Source of the DNA: Escherichia coli
GTDB taxonomy: Bacteria; Pseudomonadota; Gammaproteobacteria; Enterobacterales; Enterobacteriaceae
Strand: one strand, 5' to 3'
Length of the DNA: 64,000 nt
Assembly: GCF_024502345.1 (NCBI RefSeq)
Contig: NZ_JALDNN010000001.1
Below, in pieces: positions 34,773 to 45,326 of this stretch; the stretch's first letter is position 1; each line of letters starts with the position of its first letter. The notes beneath the pieces were generated by a model, which was given only the letters and a program-made list of their open reading frames with translations, was not told where the DNA came from and made no database searches. The translations under genes and the position numbers were made by a program.

Positions 34773-35201
34773 ATGTATAAGACAATCATTATGCCAGTTG
34801 ATGTATTTGAAATGGAATTGAGCGACAAAGCTGTTCGCCACGCTGAATTCCTCGCCCAGGATGACGGAGTTATTCATCTACTTCACGTACTACCCGGGTC
34901 AGCCAGCCTGAGCCTGCACCGTTTTGCCGCTGATGTGCGTCGTTTTGAAGAGCATCTGCAACATGAAGCAGAAGAACGTCTGCAAACGATGGTCAGCCAC
35001 TTCACCATCGATCCTTCCCGCATTAAACAACATGTCCGTTTTGGTAGCGTGCGGGATGAAGTCAATGAGTTGGCAGAAGAACTGGGGGCTGATGTTGTAG
35101 TTATTGGTTCTCGCAACCCATCGATTTCGACCCATCTGTTAGGTTCTAACGCCTCGAGCGTGATCCGCCACGCCAATCTGCCTGTACTGGTCGTTCGCTA
35201 A
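34773..35201 (+). CDS. uspG: universal stress protein G
   Basis: 142 aa [29 protein letters not shown]... Confidence 0.93.
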   Translation: MYKTIIMPVDVFEMELSDKAVRHAEFLAQDDGVIHLLHVLPGSASLSLHRFAADVRRFEEHLQHEAEERLQTMVSHFTIDPSRIKQHVRFGSVRDEVNELAEELGADVVVIGSRNPSISTHLLGSNASSVIRHANLPVLVVR

Positions 35202-35221
35202 CAGATAAAAGTATTTATGCC

Positions 35222-35254
35222 GCCCTGCCTGGAACATCCCGGCAGGGCTTTTTA
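35222..35254 (+). terminator. intrinsic terminator downstream of uspG
   Basis: gccctgcc-...-ggcagggc followed by ttttt. Confidence 0.7.
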
Positions 35255-35261
35255 ATGCCAT

Positions 35262-35292
35262 AAAAAAGCCGCCAGGTTTGACCCCGGCGGCT
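35262..35292 (-). terminator. intrinsic terminator downstream of ahpF (minus strand)
   Basis: Reverse strand reads agccgccggggtcaaacctggcggc followed by tttttt. Confidence 0.65.
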
Positions 35293-35321
35293 AAGCAATT
35301 GCAGGTGAATCTTACTTCTTC

Positions 35322-36887
35322 TTATGCAGTTTTGGTGCGAATCAGGTAGTCAAAAGCACTCAGAGAGGCTTTGGCACCTTCGCCAGTGGCGATGATGATC
35401 TGCTTGTACGGAACCGTCGTACAGTCACCCGCTGCGAACACGCCTTTGACGTTGGTTTCGCATTTCGCATCAATGATAATCTCGCCCATGCGGTTACGTT
35501 CGACTGCGCCTTCCAGCCAGTTGGTGTTCGGCAGCAGACCAATCTGGACGAAAATACCGGCCAGTTCGATGTTGTGAATATCGCCGCTGACACGATCTCG
35601 ATATTCCAGACCAACGACTTTGCTGCCGTCGCCTTTCACTTCCGTGGTTTGCGCATTCAGAATAATGTCGACGTTTTTCAGGCTGCGCAGTTTGTCCTGC
35701 AGCACCTGGTCGGCTTTCATTTCTGGCGCAAATTCCAGCAGCGTTACGTGCTCAACGATACCCGCCAGGTCGATTGCCGCTTCCACGCCGGAGTTACCGC
35801 CGCCGATAACCGCTACGCGTTTGCCTTTAAACAGCGGGCCGTCGCAGTGCGGGCAGTAGGTCACGCCTTTGGTGCGATACTGATCTTCGCCCGGAACGTT
35901 CATGTTGCGCCATTTTGCTCCGGTCGCCACGATAATGCTGCGTGCTTTCAGTACCGCGCCAGAAGCTGTTTCAATCTGATGCAGACCACCTTCAACTGCT
36001 GCTGGGATCAGTTTGCTGGCGCTCTGGCTGTCGATCACATCAACGTCGTATTCATCAACGTGAACTTTCAGTGCGCCTGCCAACTTCTGCCCTTCAGTCT
36101 TCGGTACAGAAATGTAGTTTTCGATATCAACGGTATCGAGGATCTGACCACCAAAACGTTCGCCCATCAGACCGGTACGGATGCCTTTACGTGCGGAGTA
36201 AATTGCTGCCGCTGCACCCGCCGGGCCGGAACCAACGATTAATACGTCATAAGCATCACGCTTGTTCAGCTCTTCTGCCGCACGTTTTTCCGCGCCAGTA
36301 TCAATTTTGGCAACGATTTCAGTCAACGTCATGCGGCCCTGACCAAACTCTTTCCCGTTTACGAACACTGCCGGAACGCCCATCACGTTACGATCGGTGA
36401 TTTCGTTCTGGAAGGTGCCGCCATCAATTGCAGTGTGCTTGATGCGCGGGTTCAGTACGCTCATCAGGTTCAGCGCCTGCACCACGTCCGGGCAGTTGTG
36501 GCAAGAGAGCGAGTAATAGGTTTCGAATTCAAAATCACCGTCAATATGGCGAATCTGCTCCAGCAGAGACTGCGCTTCTTTCGACGGATGACCACCGGTC
36601 CACAGCAACGCCAGTACCAGCGAGGTGAACTCATGGCCCAGCGGGGAGCCTGCAAAACGTGGCCCCTGGTTGGAACCTGGGTTGGTGATCAGGAAAGACG
36701 GCTTACGCACTGGCAAGCTGTTATCTTCTTTAAAGGTGACTTTGTCTGACAGTTCTGCGATTTCAGCCAACAGTTCCTTGATTTCTGCCGATTTAGCGCT
36801 GTCATCCAGCGTGGCAATTAACTCAACAGGCTTGGTCAATTTCTCAAGGTAAGCCTTGAGTTGAGTTTTCATATTTGTGTCGAGCAT
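35322..36887 (-). CDS. ahpF: alkyl hydroperoxide reductase subunit F
   Basis: 521 aa from [17 protein letters not shown]; CxxC redox motifs; FAD/NAD Rossmann motifs. Confidence 0.97.
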
Positions 36888-37131
36888 GTTTATCTCCTGG
36901 GCTTTAAACATCATCATGCAAGCGGCCTCTACGGCTACCTGGATGCAGCTTGCATCATGGTGCGGGGAAGAAAATCGGGTGCCGCAGCACCCGAAGAATT
37001 AGGTGAATTTCCGAAGTATTTCGCGTCAGAGCAAGGCGGCTAGCCTGTGAATCCCCGGGAGCTTACACAAGTAAGTGACCGGGGTGAGCGGGCGACGCCA
37101 ACGCCGCTATGGCGTGAAAGACGAAGGAAAT

Positions 37132-37695
37132 TTAGATTTTACCAACCAGGTCCAGAGACGGAGCCAGAGTTGCTTCACCTTCTTTCCATTTAGCCGGGCA
37201 AACTTCACCTGGGTGAGAAGCTACGTACTGTGCTGCTTTGATTTTACGCAGCAGGTCAGACGCGTCACGGCCAATGCCTTCAGCGGTAACTTCGATTGCC
37301 TGGATGATACCCTGCGGGTCAACAACGAAGGTCGCACGGTCAGCCAGACCTTCATCTTCACGCATGTTGTCGAAGTTACGGGTCAGGGCGCCAGTCGGGT
37401 CGCCGATCATCGCATATTTGATTTTAGCGATGGTTTCAGAGCTGCTGTGCCATGCTTTGTGGGTGAAGTGAGTATCGGTAGATACTGCGTATACGTCTAC
37501 GCCCAGTTTCTGCAGTTCTTCGTAGTGGTCAGCAACGTCACCCAGTTCGGTCGGGCATACGAAAGTAAAGTCAGCCGGGTAGAAGAAGAAGACGCTCCAG
37601 CGGCCTTCGGTATCTTTTTCGGTGATTTCGATGAATTCGCCGTTTTTGAATGCCTGGTTTTTAAAAGGTTTAATTTTGGTGTTAATCAAGGACAT
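37132..37695 (-). CDS. ahpC: alkyl hydroperoxide reductase subunit C (peroxiredoxin)
   Basis: 187 aa [28 protein letters not shown]...; peroxidatic Cys motif FTFVCPTE. Confidence 0.97.
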   Translation of the reverse strand: MSLINTKIKPFKNQAFKNGEFIEITEKDTEGRWSVFFFYPADFTFVCPTELGDVADHYEELQKLGVDVYAVSTDTHFTHKAWHSSSETIAKIKYAMIGDPTGALTRNFDNMREDEGLADRATFVVDPQGIIQAIEVTAEGIGRDASDLLRKIKAAQYVASHPGEVCPAKWKEGEATLAPSLDLVGKI

Positions 37696-38066
37696 CTATA
37701 CTTCCTCCGTGTTTTCGATGAGATGTAAGGTAACCAATTTTTACCGATTCGGCTAATGCGTTTCCATTATCAAATCGATAAGTTTTACCTTACAACCTTC
37801 GTAAGACAACTTTGTGAACTTTGCACCGCCAGCGGCGATAAAAAGTAAAATGGCCCCCTTTCCAGGTGACCGTGTAATCTGAACTACCCTTTGGTATCTT
37901 CAGCGCCTGCCTGCAGGCTGAGGTGTTGCCCTTACAAATGCAACAACGACATGGATTACAACACCCTCATAAACAAAGGGCAATCACCTGATCTAAGCTC
38001 TTACCTATGACAGTGATAGGTTATGCCTTTTACTCGACTTTTGCACTGACTGAAAAGGACAAATTA
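37696..38066. promoter_or_regulatory. ahpC / dsbG divergent control region (expected OxyR-dependent ahpC promoter)
   Basis: Position only; OxyR regulation of ahpCF is established knowledge, the site itself was not pinpointed. Confidence 0.3.
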
Positions 38067-38813
38067 ATGTTAAAAAAGATACTTTTACTGGCTCTGCTTC
38101 CTGCAATCGCCATCGCAGAGGAACTTCCTGCTCCAGTAAAAGCGATTGAAAAACAGGGCATTACAATCATCAAAACGTTCGATGCCCCCGGAGGAATGAA
38201 AGGTTATCTCGGAAAGTATCAGGATATGGGCGTCACCATCTACCTGACTCCAGATGGTAAGCACGCTATCTCTGGTTATATGTACAACGAGAAAGGTGAA
38301 AACCTGAGTAACACACTTATCGAAAAAGAAATTTACGCACCAGCCGGACGCGAAATGTGGCAACGGATGGAACAATCCCACTGGCTCCTCGACGGTAAAA
38401 AAGACGCGCCGGTCATTGTCTACGTCTTCGCCGATCCGTTCTGCCCATATTGTAAACAGTTCTGGCAGCAGGCGCGCCCGAGGGTAGATTCTGGCAAAGT
38501 GCAATTAAGAACATTGTTGGTTGGGGTTATCAAGCCAGAAAGCCCGGCGACAGCAGCGGCAATTCTTGCCTCCAAAGATCCCGCAAAAACCTGGCAACAA
38601 TATGAAGCCTCTGGTGGCAAGCTTAAGCTAAACGTGCCTGCAAACGTAAGTACAGAGCAAATGAAAGTGTTAAGTGACAATGAGAAACTGATGGACGATC
38701 TGGGGGCAAATGTCACGCCGGCTATCTATTACATGAGTAAGGAAAATACGCTACAACAGGCCGTGGGGTTGCCCGATCAGAAAACGCTTAATATCATTAT
38801 GGGGAATAAATAA
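38067..38813 (+). CDS. dsbG: periplasmic thiol:disulfide isomerase DsbG
   Basis: 248 aa from [15 protein letters not shown] (signal peptide); CPYC thioredoxin motif; track start at 38007 is an upstream extension. Confidence 0.93.
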   Translation: MLKKILLLALLPAIAIAEELPAPVKAIEKQGITIIKTFDAPGGMKGYLGKYQDMGVTIYLTPDGKHAISGYMYNEKGENLSNTLIEKEIYAPAGREMWQRMEQSHWLLDGKKDAPVIVYVFADPFCPYCKQFWQQARPRVDSGKVQLRTLLVGVIKPESPATAAAILASKDPAKTWQQYEASGGKLKLNVPANVSTEQMKVLSDNEKLMDDLGANVTPAIYYMSKENTLQQAVGLPDQKTLNIIMGNK

Positions 38814-38825
38814 AAGGTAATTCAT

Positions 38826-38861
38826 GGATGGTTGAACTATATCTCTGCTTTTCAACCATCC
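38826..38861 (+). other. stable stem-loop downstream of dsbG (no T-run)
   Basis: ggatggttgaa ... ttcaaccatcc inverted repeat with 14-nt loop. Confidence 0.3.
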
Positions 38862-39021
38862 TAAAAAAGCATGAATTGCTCGCTCTGCCCTAAGTGGCTG
38901 TGCTATTTTAGAAAAACTTAATCCTGAGTTAAGCAAAAAAACATAATCAATAAAAATATATACGCAAAAAACATTGATTAAGTGAATATATCATGGAAGA
39001 AAAATATAACCGGAGTAGTGT

Positions 39022-39924
39022 ATGGCCAATCTCTACGACTTGAAAAAGTTCGACTTAAATCTTCTTGTCATATTTGAGTGTATTTACCAGCATTTAAGCA
39101 TTAGCAAAGCTGCTGAATCACTATATATCACCCCATCAGCCGTGAGCCAGTCGTTACAACGCTTACGTGCGCAATTTAATGACCCTTTATTCATTCGCTC
39201 AGGAAAAGGTATCGCGCCGACGACAACAGGGTTGAATCTGCATCACCATCTTGAGAAAAATCTCAGAGGCCTTGAACAAACAATTAATATAGTCAATAAG
39301 TCCGAACTAAAGAAAAACTTTATTATCTACGGCCCTCAGCTCATTTCTTGCTCTAATAATAGTATGCTGATCCGCTGCCTACGGCAAGATGCCTCTGTCG
39401 AGATTGAGTGCCATGATATCCTCATGTCAGCAGAGAATGCTGAAGAACTGTTGGTTCACCGCAAAGCCGATCTGGTGATCACCCAAATGCCAGTGATCAG
39501 CCGTTCCGTCATTTGCATGCCATTGCATACGATTCGCAATACTCTCATTTGTAGTAATAGGCATCCACGAATTACTGACAATAGCACTTATGAACAAATT
39601 ATGGCAGAAGAGTTCACCCAATTAATATCTAAATCAGCAGGGGTTGATGATATTCAAATGGAAATAGACGAGAGATTTATGAATCGCAAAATTTCATTTC
39701 GTGGTTCCTCTTTGCTGACAATCATTAATAGCATTGCAGTTACAGATTTACTGGGAATAGTCCCCTATGAACTTTATAACTCCCACCGTGACTCTCTTAA
39801 TTTAAAAGAGATAAAACTAGAACATCCGTTACCTTCAATAAAGCCTTACATTTCCTATAATAAATCTTCTTTAAACAATCTGGTGTTCTCACGATTTATT
39901 GACCGTCTAAATGAGTGTTTTTGA
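39022..39924 (+). CDS. ybdO: LysR-family transcriptional regulator YbdO
   Basis: 300 aa; N-terminal HTH (ITPSAVSQSLQRLR); AT-rich gene. Confidence 0.88.
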   Translation: MANLYDLKKFDLNLLVIFECIYQHLSISKAAESLYITPSAVSQSLQRLRAQFNDPLFIRSGKGIAPTTTGLNLHHHLEKNLRGLEQTINIVNKSELKKNFIIYGPQLISCSNNSMLIRCLRQDASVEIECHDILMSAENAEELLVHRKADLVITQMPVISRSVICMPLHTIRNTLICSNRHPRITDNSTYEQIMAEEFTQLISKSAGVDDIQMEIDERFMNRKISFRGSSLLTIINSIAVTDLLGIVPYELYNSHRDSLNLKEIKLEHPLPSIKPYISYNKSSLNNLVFSRFIDRLNECF

Positions 39925-40176
39925 TATATAACCTCAGACAGCTACTATAACTTTCACCTATTTATTCACAGCGCGAATGAAAAATAAAACACTCTGCTTT
40001 TCAGTGTTTACTTTATAATTAACAGTCTTATCTCACTGATCACCCTGTAACGTTCAGAGAGCGTCTTCAGATGTCTATTTATAAAATTCCTCTTCCGCTC
40101 AATATTCTGGAAGCTGCACGAGAGCGTATTACCTGGACACTCAACACCCTACCCCGCGTTTGTGTCTCATTTTCTG

Positions 40177-40185
40177 GCGGCAAAG
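40177..40185. repeat. target-site duplication, left copy
   Basis: GCGGCAAAG immediately 5' of the left repeat; identical 9-mer at 41243..41251. Confidence 0.85.
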
Positions 40186-40203
40186 GGCTTTGTTGAATAA
40201 ATC
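40186..40203. repeat. IS903-family left terminal inverted repeat
   Basis: GGCTTTGTTGAATAAATC. Confidence 0.9.
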
Positions 40204-40262
40204 GAACTTTTGCTGAGTTGAAGGATCAGATCACGTATCTTCCCGACAACGCAGACCGTTCC

Positions 40263-41186
40263 GTGGCAAAGCAAAAGTTCAAAATCACCAACTGGCCCAC
40301 CTACAATAAAGCCCTCATCAACCGTGGCTCCATAACTTTCTGGCTGGATGATGAAGCTATTCAGGCCTGGTATGAGTCAGCAACACCTTCTTCACGAGGC
40401 AGACCTCAGCGCTATTCTGACCTTGCCATCACGACTGTGCTGGTCATTAAACGCGTATTCAGGCTGACCCTGCGCGCTGCGCAGGGCTTTATTGATTCCA
40501 TTTTTTCTCTGATGAACGTTCCGCTACGCTGCCCGGATTACAGCTGTGTCAGCAGGCGGGCAAAGTCGGTTAATGTCAGTTTCAAAACGCCCACCCGGGG
40601 TGAAATCGCACACCTGGTAATTGATTCCACCGGGCTGAAGGTCTTCGGTGAAGGCGAGTGGAAAGTCAAAAAGCATGGCCAGGAACGCCGCCGTATCTGG
40701 CGTAAGCTGCATCTCGCCGTTGACAGTAAAACACATGAAATCATCTGCGCTGACCTGTCGCTGAACAACGTTACGGACTCAGAGGCCTTCCCCGGGTTAA
40801 TCCGGCAAACCCACCGGAAAATCAGGTCAGCCGCCGCCGATGGCGCTTACGATACCCGGCTATGTCACGATGAACTGCGGCGTAAGAAAATCAGCGCGCT
40901 TATCCCTCCCCGAAAAGGTGCGGGTTACTGGCCCGGTGAATATGCAGACCGTAACCGTGCAGTGGCTAATCAGCGAATGACCGGGAGTAATGCGCGGTGG
41001 AAATGGACAACAGATTACAACCGTCGCTCGATAGCGGAAACGGCGATGTACCGGGTAAAACAGCTGTTCGGGGGTTCACTGACACTGCGTGACTACGATG
41101 GTCAGGTTGCAGAGGCTATGGCCCTGGTACGAGCGCTGAACAAAATGACGAAAGCAGGTATGCCTGAAAGCGTGCGTATTGCCTGA
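40263..41186 (+). CDS. IS903-family transposase (DDE)
   Basis: 307 codons from GTG (track ORF starts at an upstream TTG, 40218); fills almost the whole element; strong resemblance to IS903/IS102 transposase as recalled. Confidence 0.88.
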   Translation: MAKQKFKITNWPTYNKALINRGSITFWLDDEAIQAWYESATPSSRGRPQRYSDLAITTVLVIKRVFRLTLRAAQGFIDSIFSLMNVPLRCPDYSCVSRRAKSVNVSFKTPTRGEIAHLVIDSTGLKVFGEGEWKVKKHGQERRRIWRKLHLAVDSKTHEIICADLSLNNVTDSEAFPGLIRQTHRKIRSAAADGAYDTRLCHDELRRKKISALIPPRKGAGYWPGEYADRNRAVANQRMTGSNARWKWTTDYNRRSIAETAMYRVKQLFGGSLTLRDYDGQVAEAMALVRALNKMTKAGMPESVRIA

Positions 41187-41224
41187 AAACACAACCCGCT
41201 ACGGGGGAGACTTACCCGAAATCT

Positions 41225-41242
41225 GATTTATTCAACAAAGCC
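41225..41242. repeat. IS903-family right terminal inverted repeat
   Basis: GATTTATTCAACAAAGCC, exact reverse complement of the left repeat. Confidence 0.9.
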
Positions 41243-41251
41243 GCGGCAAAG
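41243..41251. repeat. target-site duplication, right copy
   Basis: GCGGCAAAG immediately 3' of the right repeat. Confidence 0.85.
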
Positions 41252-42329
41252 ACTCTGGTTTAATGCTGCATCTGACAGCCGAACTTGCCCGACAAATGGG
41301 CAAAAAAATCTGCGTTTTGTTTATCGACTGGGAGGCGCAATTCTCTTGCACCATTAACTATGTTCAGTCCCTGCGCGAGTTGTACACCGATGTCATCGAA
41401 GAGTTTTACTGGGTTGCGCTCCCGCTTACGACGCAAAATTCCCTTTCACAATACCAACCCGAATGGCAGTGCTGGGAACCTGATGTCGAATGGGTGCGTC
41501 AGCCCCCGCAAGATGCGATAACCGATCCTGACTTTTTCTGCTTTTACCAGCCAGGCATGACCTTCGAACAATTTGTACGTGAGTTTGCCGAATGGTTTTC
41601 ACAAAAACGTCCGGCGGCGATGATGATCGGCATCCGTGCGGATGAGTCCTACAACCGTTTTGTCGCCATCGCCAGTTTAAATAAACAACGTTTTGCCGAC
41701 GATAAACCCTGGACTACGGCCGCACCAGGCGGTCATAGCTGGTACATTTATCCCATTTACGACTGGAAAGTGGCTGATATCTGGACCTGGTATGCAAATC
41801 ATCAAAGTCTCTGCAACCCACTGTATAACCTAATGTATCAGGCAGGCGTTCCTCTGCGTCATATGCGAATTTGCGAACCTTTTGGCCCGGAGCAACGACA
41901 AGGATTATGGCTCTATCACGTTATCGAACCGGATCGCTGGGCTGCTATGTGCGCACGAGTCAGCGGGGTAAAAAGTGGCGGCATTTACGCCGGACATGAC
42001 AATCATTTCTATGGGCATCGGAAAATCCTCAAGCCAGAACATTTAGACTGGCAAGAATATGCATTATTGCTGCTCAATAGCATGCCGGAAAAAACAGCTG
42101 AGCATTACCGCAATAAAATCGCCATTTATTTGCACTGGTATCAGAAAAAAGGCATCGAGGTTCCACAAACCCAGCAAGGGGACATTGGCGCGAAAGATAT
42201 CCCCTCCTGGCGGCGGATATGCAAAGTTTTACTCAATAACGATTACTGGTGTCGGGCATTATCATTTAGTCCTACGAAAGCGAAGAACTATCAGCGTTAT
42301 AACAAACGGATAAAAGGAAAACGTCAGGA

Positions 42330-42959
42330 ATGGGGGATACTATGCAACAACGATTAACGCAGGATTTAACGCAATTTCTCGCCAGCTTGCCGGAAGATGA
42401 TCGCATCAAAGCGATTAATGAAATCCGCATGGCGATCCATCAGGTTAGCCCCTTTCGTGAAGAGCCAGTGGATTGCGTTCTGTGGGTTAAAAACAGCCAA
42501 CTTATGCCTAATGATTACAACCCAAACAACGTGGCACCACCCGAAAAAAAACTGCTGAAAAAATCCATTGAAATAGATGGTTTTACCCAACCCATTGTGG
42601 TCACGCATACGGATAAAAATGCCCTGGAAATCGTGGATGGTTTTCACCGCCATGAAATTGGTAAAGGCTCATCATCATTAAAATTACGCTTAAAAGGTTA
42701 TTTGCCGGTGACCTGTCTGGAAGGTACGCGTAATCAACGCATCGCCGCGACTATTCGTCATAATCGCGCTCGTGGACGCCATCAAATCACCGCCATGTCG
42801 GAAATCGTCCGTGAACTTAGCCAGTTGGGATGGGACGATAATAAAATTGGCAAAGAGCTGGGAATGGACAGCGACGAAGTGCTGCGCCTGAAGCAAATTA
42901 ACGGCCTGCAAGAGTTGTTTGCCGACCGTCAATATTCCCGCGCCTGGACGGTTAAATAG
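42330..42959 (+). CDS. ybdM: ParB/Srx-like nuclease-domain protein YbdM
   Basis: 209 aa; start overlaps ybdN end by 28 bp; ParB N-terminal-domain-like protein. Confidence 0.85.
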   Translation: MGDTMQQRLTQDLTQFLASLPEDDRIKAINEIRMAIHQVSPFREEPVDCVLWVKNSQLMPNDYNPNNVAPPEKKLLKKSIEIDGFTQPIVVTHTDKNALEIVDGFHRHEIGKGSSSLKLRLKGYLPVTCLEGTRNQRIAATIRHNRARGRHQITAMSEIVRELSQLGWDDNKIGKELGMDSDEVLRLKQINGLQELFADRQYSRAWTVK

Positions 42960-44120
42960 CTAAAGCTGGCGCAGGCGTTCAGCGGCTGCCAGCAACGTCG
43001 ATTCCTTCTTGGCAAAACAGAGACGAATCAGTTTATGAGGGAAGGGATCGGCGCAAAACACCGATAGCGGAATCGCCGCTACGCCGTGCTCCTGCGTCAG
43101 CCACTGGCAAAACTCAACATCATCCAGGGTAGATACGGCGCTGTAATCCACCAGCAAAAAGTATGTACCTTCACACGGTAAAATCTCCAGCCGGCTTTCA
43201 TTTAAAGCATTCACCAGAATATCGCGCTTCTGGCGATAAAAGTCCGGTAACGCAAGATAATGCTCAGGTTCTGCACGTAGCATATCCGCAATTGCCAGCT
43301 GTGCCGGGGTATTTACCGAAAATGTCAGATACTGATGTACCTTGCGAATTTCGGCACTGATGGGCGCTGGCGCTATGCAATAACCCACTTTCCAGCCGGT
43401 CATATGATAGGTCTTGCCAAACGATGACACCGCCACTGCCCGCTCACGCAGCTGCGGATGCGCCAGCACACTGGCATGGCCCTGTTGTGAAAAGTTGATG
43501 TGCTCGTAGACTTCATCGCTAATGACAAAAATCTCGTGCCCGGCGATCGCCTGCCACAAAGCGGCGAAATCAGCCTGCTGCCAGACAGTTGCACTGGGAT
43601 TATGCGGAGTGTTGAGGATCACCAGTCTGGTGCGCTCGCTTAACAATGCGGCAAATTCCTGCCAGTCAACGCGAAAATGCGGTGGTTGCAGTGCCATACG
43701 CTTCACTATTCCCCCAGAAAGCGCGATAGCGGGAGCGTAACTGTCATAGCTGGGATCAAAACAAATCACTTCATCGCCATTGCGCACCAGTGCGGTAATC
43801 GCCGCGTATAACGCTTCCGTCGCCCCTGCCGTTACGGTGATATCGCTATCGGCATCTGGTTGATAGCCATACAAACGTTCCGTTTTCTGAGCAATCGCCT
43901 CGCGCAAGGCCTGCACGCCGGTCATGGGCGCGTATTGGTTTGCCCCCTGGGCAACGTGGTACGCCAGCCGCTCCTGTAAATAGCGCGGACCATCAAAATC
44001 AGGAAAGCCTTGCGACAGGTTAATCGCCTGGTGTTGCTGCGCCAGCGCGCTCATCTGGGTGAAAATAGTGGTGCCAAGTTGTGGAAGTTTGCTTTGTGGA
44101 ATCAGAGGGTTATTTGTCAT
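42960..44120 (-). CDS. ybdL: PLP-dependent methionine aminotransferase
   Basis: 386 aa; class-I aminotransferase with PLP-lysine motif (SFGKTYHMTGWKVGY). Confidence 0.93.
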   Translation of the reverse strand: MTNNPLIPQSKLPQLGTTIFTQMSALAQQHQAINLSQGFPDFDGPRYLQERLAYHVAQGANQYAPMTGVQALREAIAQKTERLYGYQPDADSDITVTAGATEALYAAITALVRNGDEVICFDPSYDSYAPAIALSGGIVKRMALQPPHFRVDWQEFAALLSERTRLVILNTPHNPSATVWQQADFAALWQAIAGHEIFVISDEVYEHINFSQQGHASVLAHPQLRERAVAVSSFGKTYHMTGWKVGYCIAPAPISAEIRKVHQYLTFSVNTPAQLAIADMLRAEPEHYLALPDFYRQKRDILVNALNESRLEILPCEGTYFLLVDYSAVSTLDDVEFCQWLTQEHGVAAIPLSVFCADPFPHKLIRLCFAKKESTLLAAAERLRQL

Positions 44121-44228
44121 TTTTATTGTACCTGACGAAGTTGCGTGTTGAAGGCACTATAACACGATGCTAGTATTTGGCAATCAAGACGTTTAGATGT
44201 CTAAATAAAACAATAAGGACAACACAAC

Positions 44229-45317
44229 ATGCCTCACAATCCTATCCGCGTGGTCGTCGGCCCGGCTAACTACTTTTCACATCCAGGAAGTTTCAATCAC
44301 CTGCACGATTTTTTCACTGATGAACAACTTTCTCGCGCGGTGTGGATCTACGGCGAACGCGCCATTGCTGCGGCGCAAACCAAACTTCCGCCAGCGTTTG
44401 GACTTCCAGGGGCAAAGCATATTTTGTTTCGTGGTCATTGCAGCGAAAGCGATGTACAGCAACTGGCGGCTGAGTCCGGTGACGATCGCAGCGTGGTGAT
44501 TGGCGTCGGCGGCGGCGCACTACTCGACACCGCGAAAGCCCTCGCCCGCCGTCTCGGTCTGCCATTTGTTGCCGCTCCAACGATCGCCGCCACCTGCGCC
44601 GCCTGGACACCGCTCTCCGTCTGGTATAACGATGCCGGACAGGCGCTGCATTATGAGATTTTCGACGACGCCAATTTTATGGTGCTGGTGGAACCAGAGA
44701 TTATCCTCAATGCGCCGCAACAATATCTGCTGGCGGGGATCGGTGACACGCTGGCGAAATGGTATGAAGCGGTGGTGCTGGCTCCGCAACCAGAAACGTT
44801 GCCGCTAACCGTGCGACTGGGGATCAATAATGCGAAGGCCATTCGCGACGTCTTGTTAAACAGTAGCGAACAGGCGCTGAGCGATCAGCAAAATCAACAG
44901 TTAACGCAATCATTTTGCGATGTGGTGGATGCCATTATCGCCGGAGGTGGAATGGTCGGTGGTTTGGGCGATCGTTTTACGCGTGTGGCGGCGGCTCATG
45001 CCGTGCATAACGGTCTGACCGTGCTGCCGCAAACCGAGAAGTTTCTTCACGGCACCAAAGTCGCCTACGGAATTCTGGTGCAAAGCGCCTTGCTGGGTCA
45101 GGATGATGTTCTGGCGCAATTAACCGGGGCGTATCAGCGTTTTCATCTGCCGACTACGCTGGCGGAGCTGGAAGTGGATATCAATAATCAGGCGGAGATC
45201 GACAAAGTGATTGCCCACACCTTGCGCCCGGTGGAGTCCATTCATTACCTGCCAGTCACGCTGACACCAGATACGTTGCGTGCAGCGTTCGAAAAAGTGG
45301 AATCGTTTAAAGCCTGA
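44229..45317 (+). CDS. ybdH: iron-containing alcohol dehydrogenase family oxidoreductase (hydroxycarboxylate dehydrogenase HcxA)
   Basis: 362 aa with GGGALLD nucleotide-binding motif. Confidence 0.9.
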   Translation: MPHNPIRVVVGPANYFSHPGSFNHLHDFFTDEQLSRAVWIYGERAIAAAQTKLPPAFGLPGAKHILFRGHCSESDVQQLAAESGDDRSVVIGVGGGALLDTAKALARRLGLPFVAAPTIAATCAAWTPLSVWYNDAGQALHYEIFDDANFMVLVEPEIILNAPQQYLLAGIGDTLAKWYEAVVLAPQPETLPLTVRLGINNAKAIRDVLLNSSEQALSDQQNQQLTQSFCDVVDAIIAGGGMVGGLGDRFTRVAAAHAVHNGLTVLPQTEKFLHGTKVAYGILVQSALLGQDDVLAQLTGAYQRFHLPTTLAELEVDINNQAEIDKVIAHTLRPVESIHYLPVTLTPDTLRAAFEKVESFKA

Positions 45318-45326
45318 CGTGCAAAT

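Larger units (their letters stand above)
40186..41242 (+). mobile_element. IS903-family (IS5 family) insertion sequence, 1057 bp
   Basis: Perfect 18-bp terminal inverted repeats GGCTTTGTTGAATAAATC / GATTTATTCAACAAAGCC; single transposase ORF; flanked by 9-bp direct repeat GCGGCAAAG. Confidence 0.9.
40071..42357 (+). pseudogene. ybdN: PAPS-reductase-like PP-loop ATP pyrophosphatase family gene, interrupted by an IS903-family insertion
   Basis: N-terminal 38 codons (MSIYKIPLPLNILEAARERITWTLNTLPRVCVSFSGGK) at 40071..40185 continue in frame after the insertion at 41243 (..DSGLMLHLTAELARQ..); excising the element and one duplicated 9-mer restores a 406-codon frame. Confidence 0.85.

Noticed and set aside
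35574-37728. Plus-strand ORFs (222 aa, 217 aa and others) overlapping ahpF and ahpC
   Set aside because: Opposite strand of well-supported peroxiredoxin genes; no start-site context
38007-38066. Upstream in-frame start for dsbG giving a 268-aa product
   Set aside because: The signal peptide begins at the ATG at 38067; the extension would bury it
40218-40262. Upstream TTG start for the IS transposase (322-aa form in the track)
   Set aside because: The GTG at 40263 gives the 307-aa product expected for IS903; the upstream TTG lies almost inside the terminal repeat
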